From an uncultured SAR86 cluster bacterium (lineage in GTDB: Bacteria > Pseudomonadota > Gammaproteobacteria > Magnimaribacterales > D2472), in the NCBI GenBank assembly GCA_902579825.1, contig CACHII010000001.1, positions 76,832-140,831 on the forward strand: a stretch of 64,000 nucleotides of DNA, written 5' to 3'. Below, in pieces: positions 20,101 to 28,656 of this stretch. The notes beneath the pieces are model-generated. The model saw only the letters and a list, made by a program, of their open reading frames with translations. It was not told the origin of the DNA and did not search any database. Positions within the stretch are counted from its first letter, which is position 1. Every line of letters starts with the position of its first letter. The position numbers were made by a program, and so were the translations under genes.

Positions 20101-21354
20101 ATGAGTTATAAAAAAATAAAAGTTCCAAATAAAGGTAAAAAAATCTCATATGACAATGGAAAGCTTATTGTTCCAAATAATCCTGTTATTCCATTTATTG
20201 AGGGTGATGGAATAGGAGTTGATATAACTCCACCTATGATCAAAGTTGTGGATGAAGCAGTGAAAATAGCTTACAACGGAGCAAAAAAAATCGAATGGAT
20301 GGAAGTTTTCTGTGGAGAAAAGGCTACAAAAGTTTATTCAGGAGATACTTGGCTTCCTGATGAAACAATCCTTGCTTTAAAGGAATTTGTTGTAAGTATT
20401 AAGGGACCTTTAACTACTCCAGTTGGCGGTGGTATAAGATCTTTAAATGTTTCACTGAGACAATTACTAGATTTATATGTATGCTTAAGACCAATTAGAT
20501 ATTTTGATGGTGTTCCATCTCCAGTAAAAAAACCTGAAGAAGTAAACATGGTAATTTTTAGGGAAAATTCTGAAGACATTTATTGTGGCGTAGAGTTTGA
20601 AGGTAACTCTAAAGAAGCCAAGAACTTGCTTAAGATATTAAAATCAGAGTTTGATGTAACAAAAATAAGATTTGAAGATAATGTTGGTTTTGGCGTAAAG
20701 CCAATCTCTGAAGAGGGGACTCATAGGCTTGTTAAGAAAGCTATTGATTATGCAATAGATAACAATAGATCATCCGTAACCCTTGTTCATAAAGGTAATA
20801 TTATGAAATTTACTGAAGGAGCTTTTAGAGACTGGGGTTATCAGTTGTCTAAGAATTCCTATGGAGGAGTAGAAATAGATGATGGTCCATGGCAAGAAAT
20901 AATAAATCCTAATAATGGAAAGAAAATAGTAATTAAAGATGTTATTTGTGATGCTTTTTTACAACAAATACTTCTTAGACCAACAGAATATGATGTTATC
21001 GCAACAATGAACTTAAACGGTGATTATATTTCAGATGCACTTGCAGCTATGGTTGGTGGTATTGGTATAGCCCCTGGGGCAAACATTTCTGATCAATATG
21101 CTGTTTTTGAAGCTACTCATGGAACAGCACCAAAGTATGCTGGACAAAATAAAGTAAATCCTGGAAGTCTAATTTTATCTGCTGAAATGATGCTGCGACA
21201 TATGGGCTGGATTGAAGCTGCAGATTTAATAATTAAATCAATGGATAGGACTATAAGTGCTAAAAAGGTTACATATGATTTTGCTCGTATGATGAGTAAT
21301 GCTGATATGGTTTCATCTTCTGGTTTTGGTGATGAAATGATTAAAAGGATGTAA
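20101..21354 (+). CDS. icd: NADP-dependent isocitrate dehydrogenase
   Basis: 417 aa. [18 protein letters not shown] retains the Ser that AceK targets in E. coli Icd. The length is nearly identical to E. coli Icd. Confidence 0.92.
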   Translation: MSYKKIKVPNKGKKISYDNGKLIVPNNPVIPFIEGDGIGVDITPPMIKVVDEAVKIAYNGAKKIEWMEVFCGEKATKVYSGDTWLPDETILALKEFVVSIKGPLTTPVGGGIRSLNVSLRQLLDLYVCLRPIRYFDGVPSPVKKPEEVNMVIFRENSEDIYCGVEFEGNSKEAKNLLKILKSEFDVTKIRFEDNVGFGVKPISEEGTHRLVKKAIDYAIDNNRSSVTLVHKGNIMKFTEGAFRDWGYQLSKNSYGGVEIDDGPWQEIINPNNGKKIVIKDVICDAFLQQILLRPTEYDVIATMNLNGDYISDALAAMVGGIGIAPGANISDQYAVFEATHGTAPKYAGQNKVNPGSLILSAEMMLRHMGWIEAADLIIKSMDRTISAKKVTYDFARMMSNADMVSSSGFGDEMIKRM

Positions 21355-21689
21355 TGATAAGATTATCCAGTGATAGTGAATCGTCATCTGATATTGGTTC
21401 GGTCGTATTAGAAAAAGATCCAGAATTAAAACATCCACCCTCATATCAAGTCATACTAATAAATGATGATTTTACACCAATGGAGTTTGTAGTATTTGTT
21501 TTGCAAACTGTATTTGGACATACACATCAAAAATCAACAGAAATAATGATGACAGTTCATACTACAGGTAAAGGAGTTTGTGGTATATTCTCTAAAGAGA
21601 TAGCTGAAATGATGTCATTTGAGGTTAATACAATGGCAAAAGATCACGGACATCCATTATTAAGTGAAATTGAACCTTTAACAGATTAA
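21354..21689 (+). CDS. clpS: ATP-dependent Clp protease adaptor ClpS
   Basis: 111 aa with PPSYQVILINDDFTPMEFVVFVLQTVF. Its start overlaps the icd stop and its stop overlaps the clpA start. Confidence 0.9.
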   Translation: MIRLSSDSESSSDIGSVVLEKDPELKHPPSYQVILINDDFTPMEFVVFVLQTVFGHTHQKSTEIMMTVHTTGKGVCGIFSKEIAEMMSFEVNTMAKDHGHPLLSEIEPLTD

Positions 21690-23929
21690 TGTTTAGTAAA
21701 GAATTAGAATTATCAATTGCAAGTTTATTTGACAAAGCTCATGAGGCGAATATTCAATATATTACTGTTGAACATTTACTCTTGTTGATATTGTCAGATT
21801 ATGAAGTAAAAGAATTCTTTAAATCAGAAAATATACAACTAGACTCAATTAAACAAGATTTAAACGAGCATTTAAAAGAATCAATAGTAAAAAAAATTGA
21901 TCAACAAAAACCAGTTCAACCAACTTTAGGTTTTCAAAGGGTTCTTCAAAGAGCAGTTTTTCATATCCAGTCTTCTGGCAAAGGAGTTGTCAAACCAATT
22001 AATATACTTGTTGCGATATTCTCTGAAAAAGAGTCTCAATCAGTTTTTATTTTAAATAAATATAAAGTCAGTAGATTAGATGTAGTTACCTACTTATCTC
22101 ATGGACCAAAAAGTGTTGAAGGAAGCCCTGAACACAATGAAGATGATTATGATGATAACTCAAAATCAAAAACAAACAAAAATGAATTTTTAATCAATCT
22201 TAATAATCAAGCAAAAAATAAGAAAATTGATAAAGTAATTGGAAGAAAAAAAGAAATCGAAAGATTAATACAAATTTTATCAAGAAGAAATAAAAATAAT
22301 CCTCTTTTAGTTGGTGAAAGTGGCGTTGGAAAAACAGCTATTGCTGAGGGACTTGCCCACCTAATTGTAACTGGCGATATACCTGAAATTATAAAAGATT
22401 CTGTTGTTTATTCACTTGATATTGCAGGATTAATTGCTGGTACAAAATATAGAGGAGATTTTGAGAAAAGACTAAAGGGCGTTTTAACTTTTCTGTCAAA
22501 GGAAGACAAACCAATATTATTTATAGATGAAATACACACTATTATAGGCGCAGGTTCTGCATCAGGTAGTTCATTAGATGTCTCAAATTTACTTAAACCT
22601 GCACTTGGTAAAGGACAAATCAGATGCATTGGATCAACAACTTTCCAGGAATATAGAGGTATATTTAATCAAAACCAAGCTCTATCTAGGCGTTTTCAAA
22701 AAATAGATGTTGTTGAGCCTTCGTTTGATGAGTGCGAGGAGATATTAAAGGGTCTGATTGAGGTTTACGAAGAATATCATGATGTTTCTTATTCAGAAGA
22801 GTCAATCAAATCAGCCGTAGAATTATCGTCAAAATATATAAATGATAGATTTTTACCAGATAAAGCGATTGATGTAATTGATGAAACAGGCGCCTTTAAA
22901 AATATAAATAGAACAAACAAAAAATCAATAAAGATCACAAAAGAAGATATTGAGATGACTATATCAAAAATTACAAAAATTCCAGAACAATCTATCTCTT
23001 CAAGTGATAAGAAAAACCTTAAAAACATTGAAGAAAATTTAAAAAGAGTTATTTTTGGTCAAGATAAAGCAGTAGAAACATTATCTAATGCCATTAAATT
23101 ATCTAGAGTTGGTTTGAGAGATGAAAACAAAACTATTGGTTCATTTTTGTTTACAGGACCTACAGGAGTAGGTAAAACAGAAATATCAAAACAATTGTCA
23201 AATATTTTAGGCATAGATCTCGTTAGATTTGATATGAGTGAATATATGGAACGACATACAGTTTCACGTTTAATAGGAGCACCACCTGGATATGTTGGTT
23301 TTGACCAGGGTGGTTTATTAACTGAAGCTATAGTTAAAACACCGCATTGCGTTTTACTTTTAGACGAAATTGAAAAAGCTCATCCAGATATATTTAATAT
23401 TTTATTACAAGTCATGGATGCAGGTGTATTAACCGATAATAATGGAAGAAAGTCAGATTTTAGAAATGTTATTTTAATTATGACAACAAATATAGGTGCT
23501 GATTTATTAAGTAAAAGAAATATTGGATTCAATGAAACATCTAACGAGACCGATGCAATGAACTCATTAAATAAACTTTTTTCACCTGAATTTAGAAATA
23601 GGCTAGATGAAACAATTCAATTTAGCTATCTTGATAAGAAGGTAATATTATCAATAGTTGATAAATTTTTAACAAAGCTTCAAGCGCAGCTTGATAAAAG
23701 AAATGTAGAAATTGTTGTCTCTAAGAAAGTAGTTGAGTGGATTGCCGATAATGGTTATGACAAAGAGATGGGAGCAAGGCCTATGGAGAGGTTTATTTCA
23801 CAAAATATTAAAAAGCCACTAGTTGATAAGCTATTATTTGGTAATTTAAAGGGTGGAGGTGTCATTAAACTAGATCTTGATAATGGAGCCTTAAAATTTA
23901 CTGAATCTAAATCTAAAGTTAAAGTTTAA
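21689..23929 (+). CDS. clpA: ATP-dependent Clp protease ATP-binding subunit ClpA
   Basis: 746 aa with two AAA+ modules (GESGVGKT and GPTGVGKT Walker A). Confidence 0.93.
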   Translation: MFSKELELSIASLFDKAHEANIQYITVEHLLLLILSDYEVKEFFKSENIQLDSIKQDLNEHLKESIVKKIDQQKPVQPTLGFQRVLQRAVFHIQSSGKGVVKPINILVAIFSEKESQSVFILNKYKVSRLDVVTYLSHGPKSVEGSPEHNEDDYDDNSKSKTNKNEFLINLNNQAKNKKIDKVIGRKKEIERLIQILSRRNKNNPLLVGESGVGKTAIAEGLAHLIVTGDIPEIIKDSVVYSLDIAGLIAGTKYRGDFEKRLKGVLTFLSKEDKPILFIDEIHTIIGAGSASGSSLDVSNLLKPALGKGQIRCIGSTTFQEYRGIFNQNQALSRRFQKIDVVEPSFDECEEILKGLIEVYEEYHDVSYSEESIKSAVELSSKYINDRFLPDKAIDVIDETGAFKNINRTNKKSIKITKEDIEMTISKITKIPEQSISSSDKKNLKNIEENLKRVIFGQDKAVETLSNAIKLSRVGLRDENKTIGSFLFTGPTGVGKTEISKQLSNILGIDLVRFDMSEYMERHTVSRLIGAPPGYVGFDQGGLLTEAIVKTPHCVLLLDEIEKAHPDIFNILLQVMDAGVLTDNNGRKSDFRNVILIMTTNIGADLLSKRNIGFNETSNETDAMNSLNKLFSPEFRNRLDETIQFSYLDKKVILSIVDKFLTKLQAQLDKRNVEIVVSKKVVEWIADNGYDKEMGARPMERFISQNIKKPLVDKLLFGNLKGGGVIKLDLDNGALKFTESKSKVKV

Positions 23930-24148
23930 TTACCTTCCTCTAAAAGTTATTCTGCCAACGCTGAGATCATAAGGAGTCATTTCAACTTTCACCTTATCAC
24001 CAGTTAAAATTCTAATATAATGTTTTCTCATTTTTCCAGAAATATGAGCGGTTATGACATGACCATTGTCTAATTTTACTTTAAATTTTGTATTTGGAAG
24101 TGTTTCAATAACTTCTCCATCAAATTCTAATTGATCTTCTTTTGACAT
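23930..24148 (-). CDS. infA: Translation initiation factor IF-1
   Basis: 72 aa with an S1-like fold sequence ([24 protein letters not shown]...). It is convergent with clpA as in E. coli, and the two stop codons abut with 0 nt between them. Confidence 0.93.
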   Translation of the reverse strand: MSKEDQLEFDGEVIETLPNTKFKVKLDNGHVITAHISGKMRKHYIRILTGDKVKVEMTPYDLSVGRITFRGR

Positions 24149-24226
24149 TAGTGTGCATTTTAAACCATATAGATAATTATTGTAATTTTATTTATTTTTA
24201 AAAATAAAGTTTATAATTTCATTCAT

Positions 24227-26854
24227 ATGAAAATTTTAAAATTATCTATACTTTTATCTTTATTTTTTTTAATTTCGTCTTGTGGTGGAGGCGGTTCAGC
24301 ACCATTTGCATTAACTCTTCCTACAAATACATCTATCAGTATTGATGAAGACAATGGACATACATCTACATTTATTGCATCAACAAATTATATGTCACAG
24401 ATAAGTTATGAAATTATTAACTCAACGACTAATGGCATATCTAATTTGTCATCTACTGGTTCATACTCATACCAACCCAATCAAGATTATTTTGGTACGG
24501 ACAGCTTTTCTATAAGAATTACTGCATCTAGAATTGATGATGATAGTGTACCTACTGGTGAAACATTGATAAGAACATTACCTGTCTCGATAACTATACG
24601 ACCAGTTAATGACCCCCCTGTAATCGATATACTTGATGATTTAAGTATCTATACAGATCTAAGTCTTATATTTGATGACACAATTTCTGTAAATGTTGAA
24701 ATTACTGATGTTGATAATGATATAAGTGATTTGTCTTTTTTTGGTCAGCTTCAAAATGAAACCGTTAACGGATTATTAGACATTACACAAACTATAGAAA
24801 ATGATGTTGCTGTTGATAATCAAAGTTTAATCTTTAATCTGGATACTATTCAAAATGCAGGATTATTTACCATGAATTTGTGTGCAAGTGATTTTGAAGA
24901 TAGTTCATGCGAAGGAGAGTTAGAAGGTTACTATATATCAAACAAGGATATAAAATTAGTTACATATAATTGTGATGATGATGATGGTAACAATTGTGAA
25001 ACTAGCCAACAATACTTATATTATTTAATTGGAAATCCATCCAATGATGCTAGAACAAATTATATTTTTATAGGTGATCAATTAAATGGTATAGATGAAA
25101 GAGATGAGTTTCATCTAAGGCTGCTTCAATCAATAAATAATTTGAAAAATTCTGATGCCAATGAAGTCTTTAATGATTATTTTAATGTAATTGTATTGGA
25201 AGAAATAGATCTAACCGGTGCGTCAGTATTTAATATTGAAACAGGCTGTTATGCCACTTGGGATTCTCGTATATATTGTATAGGAGAAGTAGATAGATCG
25301 ATGATAGGCGATGTAGTAGGAGATTGGGACACTGTATCTTTTTTAACAACTCTGTCGGGAAGGGGCGTTGCTCAAGGTTCTGTAAACATACAACCAATTT
25401 CACCAAGATCTGCAGAAATTGTTCAACATGAATTAGGTCATTCACATGGATTTATGGGGGATGAATATGACTCTCGTGGTGAAAGAACTTTTCCATCATG
25501 GTACGCAGAATTTAGTGTAAATACTACTGCAGTTTCAGATCCATCAATAGTTAAGTGGAATCATTTTATAGAAGACATGACTAATGTCCCAGGGGTTGAT
25601 TATGATGTTTGTTATAACTATTCAGATGGAAGCATTTATTATCGAGATGATCTTGACTATGAGGATTGTGAATGTTACATGAATACATATGATGAAAATG
25701 ATCCAAATTATGATCCAAATTACCCTGGAATAAATGAAGATGATTCATGTAAAGATAAAATTGGTTTGTTTCAAGGCACTTACTATGATGAGGTTGACAC
25801 ATATAGACCAAAATGGATTAGTGTTATGTGGTGCTGCTTCCTAGATTATGGAAAAATTAATGTTGAAGGATTTGCTATTGGTTCAATTAGCAATCAATTT
25901 AATGGGTTTGATGATTTCATAATTAAATCTGATATAGCTGATGATGTTGATTTGGATAATTCAGAGTCCTTGGGAGATTATATAACATTTGATGTTAATG
26001 GGGTTTTTGATGCCAACAAACTAAAATTATCTTGGTATATAGATGGAACCGAACAACCAAATTTAGAAAACCAATTAGTTGTAACATTTAATAGACCAAA
26101 TGATGATGCAATGACTACATATTCATGGCAGGTACATGATTTAACAGGAAATTTAATTGTTCCAAATGATCCTTTAAATCCAAGAGATTTATATGATGGT
26201 ATCTTTAATATGTGGTCATATTATGACGCCGATCCAAATACAAATCCAAATGCTAATCCAAACTATCCATATGTTGGAACATGGTATTGGCATAGAAACG
26301 ATGGAGTGAAAGATACTGATGATACAGTTGATTTATCTAACATTGACAATTACTTATATGCAGAACAATGTTGTGCTTTGGGTGTAGGGTACAAGATTAA
26401 TTGGAAAAATTATCAGCCTGCAGCCACAACTATTAAAGCTTCTACGTCTAACAACAAAAAAATTAATTACTTTAATATTAAGTTAGAACCCGGTAAGTCT
26501 GAAAAAATTGTAACGTTGAATTTATCTAATAATTCTATAGATATTAGTAATATTAAGATTGATCAAATAAAAAAAGACTATATAAAAAATAATAGAATAA
26601 ATTTTAAAGATAGATACATGATTACGTTTCATGATAAAGATATGAATCCAATCTACAATCTAGGACTAGGTGATCCATTTACAGCCCGAGTTCAACATAT
26701 AGGTTATGAGGATGAAAATATATTTAATATCAATATTCCTATTAAAGGGTTCAAAGTAGCATACCCAAAAGATTTAGATGCTTACTTTATTACTTATAGT
26801 ACAAGGCATAACAACAATACTTTTGAAGCAGTAAAGGTTATAGAATTAAAATAA
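24227..26854 (+). CDS. Lipoprotein with an N-terminal cadherin-like domain and a central M64-like zinc metallopeptidase domain
   Basis: 875 aa. The lipobox plus Gly/Ser tether reads FFLISSCGGGGSAP. A cadherin-like/VCBS-type module follows (YSYQPNQDYFGTDSFSIRI...ITIRPVNDPPVI). HELGHSHGFMGDEY (nt ~25427-25468) matches the HExxH...DEY pattern I recall for the peptidase M64 (IgA peptidase) family. The C-terminal part is rich in DPN/NPN low-complexity runs. Confidence 0.6.
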   Translation: MKILKLSILLSLFFLISSCGGGGSAPFALTLPTNTSISIDEDNGHTSTFIASTNYMSQISYEIINSTTNGISNLSSTGSYSYQPNQDYFGTDSFSIRITASRIDDDSVPTGETLIRTLPVSITIRPVNDPPVIDILDDLSIYTDLSLIFDDTISVNVEITDVDNDISDLSFFGQLQNETVNGLLDITQTIENDVAVDNQSLIFNLDTIQNAGLFTMNLCASDFEDSSCEGELEGYYISNKDIKLVTYNCDDDDGNNCETSQQYLYYLIGNPSNDARTNYIFIGDQLNGIDERDEFHLRLLQSINNLKNSDANEVFNDYFNVIVLEEIDLTGASVFNIETGCYATWDSRIYCIGEVDRSMIGDVVGDWDTVSFLTTLSGRGVAQGSVNIQPISPRSAEIVQHELGHSHGFMGDEYDSRGERTFPSWYAEFSVNTTAVSDPSIVKWNHFIEDMTNVPGVDYDVCYNYSDGSIYYRDDLDYEDCECYMNTYDENDPNYDPNYPGINEDDSCKDKIGLFQGTYYDEVDTYRPKWISVMWCCFLDYGKINVEGFAIGSISNQFNGFDDFIIKSDIADDVDLDNSESLGDYITFDVNGVFDANKLKLSWYIDGTEQPNLENQLVVTFNRPNDDAMTTYSWQVHDLTGNLIVPNDPLNPRDLYDGIFNMWSYYDADPNTNPNANPNYPYVGTWYWHRNDGVKDTDDTVDLSNIDNYLYAEQCCALGVGYKINWKNYQPAATTIKASTSNNKKINYFNIKLEPGKSEKIVTLNLSNNSIDISNIKIDQIKKDYIKNNRINFKDRYMITFHDKDMNPIYNLGLGDPFTARVQHIGYEDENIFNINIPIKGFKVAYPKDLDAYFITYSTRHNNNTFEAVKVIELK

Positions 26855-26885
26855 CAAAGTATTTCTTAAATTAGGTATTTAACTC

Positions 26886-28190
26886 ATGAAATTTAGATAT
26901 TTATTGTCTATATTATTAATATCAGCTTGTGGAGGAGGCGGCTCCTCTGGTGTTATGGATTATGATCCAGCCAGCTTGTCAACTTCAACTAATACAAACT
27001 TCCCATGTTTCCCAAACTGTCCTTTGCCTACAGCTGTTCAAAATGATGCAACTATTAAACTTATAAATGAAGGTTTTAATCAGCCCAAATCTAATCCAGA
27101 TCAATGGGCTATTTTTAGTACTGATATTGAACAATATTATGTAAACAGAGAAGATCTTATACAAAATTTATTAAATACAACATTTGGTGGATATATGAAT
27201 TATAACTATATGGTATTTAATGAAGATGGCCCTGATGAAATTAATACACCGATTATGAATAGATTAATAGAGCTTAAATATAATGGTTGGGAGAATGGCT
27301 ACTCAACTGAAGAACTTAGGAATGTATCTAGTTGTCTAGCAGGTGCAAATCCTAATGGTTGGGAAAAAGATTCAGAATATGAACAGCATTCAACCTGTAT
27401 GGTTTGGAAAAGTTTTCTTCTATATAGTCATGCAGCAAATAATCCAAACTATATGCCAGAAGATTATGAAATTGAAATTCAAATAGTCCAGCATATGCAG
27501 CATGAGTATTTTCATCATTATCAAAGAGCACATGCATTAGATAGAGGTTTAGATTATCAGACTGCTCCTGCAGATGATCCTAATCAAAGCGTCAATGCTC
27601 CGTGGTGGTGGATTGAAGGTGCTGCAATGTCAGCTGAATTTTGGTGGATAAGATCAAACTGGCAAAATCTTAATTTTTTAAATAAATATAATTCACAAGA
27701 TATTAATGAATTAATTACTTACCAAATAAATGGTCGTAATAGTTCTTTTTGGTGGTTTTTGCAAAGAATTCAGTCATCAGGACCATATAGAGAACATTCA
27801 GGACATATTAATGATGAACTAATTGATTGTAGTGGATGGCAGCTCGGTCCCGAACATTCTGACGGCTATCCAGAATATGGACATAATAACAATGATTGTG
27901 AAAATCAATTAGCGCCATTTGCACCGATTCATTTTATGGCACATAAATCCTCTTGGCAGATAGTTTTAAGGGATATACCATCAAAATATTATGAGTATGG
28001 ATTTTGGGGAGCTGTAGAACTTTATACAGGACTTAATGAAGAAGAGTTTTATTTGCAATTCAATGAAACTATGAGATCAACAAACTGGGAAGATATATCA
28101 ATGACATATGCTCCAGATGGTTGGAATATACCAAATGAATCTATAGACACTCATATAGATTTCTATAATATTGAATATTTTAATAATTAA
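26886..28190 (+). CDS. Lipoprotein, putative MA-clan zinc metallopeptidase (HExxH)
   Basis: 434 aa with the lipobox LLISACGGGGSSG. HEYFH (nt 27501-27515) is followed about 40 aa later by WWIEGAAMSAEF, which resembles the Peptidase_MA_2 W..EG.A arrangement. Confidence 0.45.
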   Translation: MKFRYLLSILLISACGGGGSSGVMDYDPASLSTSTNTNFPCFPNCPLPTAVQNDATIKLINEGFNQPKSNPDQWAIFSTDIEQYYVNREDLIQNLLNTTFGGYMNYNYMVFNEDGPDEINTPIMNRLIELKYNGWENGYSTEELRNVSSCLAGANPNGWEKDSEYEQHSTCMVWKSFLLYSHAANNPNYMPEDYEIEIQIVQHMQHEYFHHYQRAHALDRGLDYQTAPADDPNQSVNAPWWWIEGAAMSAEFWWIRSNWQNLNFLNKYNSQDINELITYQINGRNSSFWWFLQRIQSSGPYREHSGHINDELIDCSGWQLGPEHSDGYPEYGHNNNDCENQLAPFAPIHFMAHKSSWQIVLRDIPSKYYEYGFWGAVELYTGLNEEEFYLQFNETMRSTNWEDISMTYAPDGWNIPNESIDTHIDFYNIEYFNN

Positions 28191-28203
28191 CTTATTAATT
28201 TAA

Positions 28204-28236
28204 CATAATATATATTATGCGAACTAATATATTAGT
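28204..28236. terminator. Two adjacent perfect AT-rich palindromes between convergent genes (possible bidirectional terminator)
   Basis: The palindromes are CATAATATATATTATG (28204-28219) and ACTAATATATTAGT (28223-28236), read directly. The stems are almost entirely A/T, so stability is doubtful. Confidence 0.25.
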
Positions 28237-28242
28237 ATAGAT

Positions 28243-28548
28243 TTAAATATCAGGATATTTAGGACCACAAATTGTAGCTTTAAGGCCTGCTGCCCCTCCT
28301 ACTAACAATGGTTCCAATACATCCAAAAGACCTGTTTCAATCCTCCAATTAAGATACTTAGATTGATGATCTAATGATTCCCAATCTTCTATAAGATGAA
28401 CCGTACTAGTTGAATCTTCAATGTATGTATGAACTGATATACATCCATCAAATGATCTCGTTTCTGGTAAAGCAACTTTTAAGGTTTCTTTAAGATTATC
28501 TAACATCCCCTCCTTAGCTGGAAAAGATACAATTACTAAATTTTTCAT
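28243..28548 (-). CDS. Antibiotic-biosynthesis-monooxygenase (ABM) domain protein
   Basis: 101 aa with a ferredoxin-like ABM pattern (VIVSFPAKEGMLDNLKETL...VHLIEDWESLDHQSKYL). Confidence 0.6.
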   Translation of the reverse strand: MKNLVIVSFPAKEGMLDNLKETLKVALPETRSFDGCISVHTYIEDSTSTVHLIEDWESLDHQSKYLNWRIETGLLDVLEPLLVGGAAGLKATICGPKYPDI

Positions 28549-28656
28549 GTTTTCTCCTTTTTAAGGTAATTAATTAAATATAAATCAATAATAACCATAT
28601 ATTTATCAATATGAAAATTTAATGCAGATTTTTCTTAATTACATTAATATAATCTT

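Noticed and set aside
25690-26270. Short tandem nucleotide repeats (gatccaaattat x2, and aatccaaat-like units) might have been a repeat array.
   Set aside because: They are in frame within the 875-aa ORF and encode DPNY/NPN low-complexity peptide. They are not an independent repeat element.
28204-28236. I considered the two AT-only palindromes as protein-binding operators.
   Set aside because: They sit between two stop codons of convergent genes with no promoter to regulate. I kept them only as a low-confidence terminator feature.
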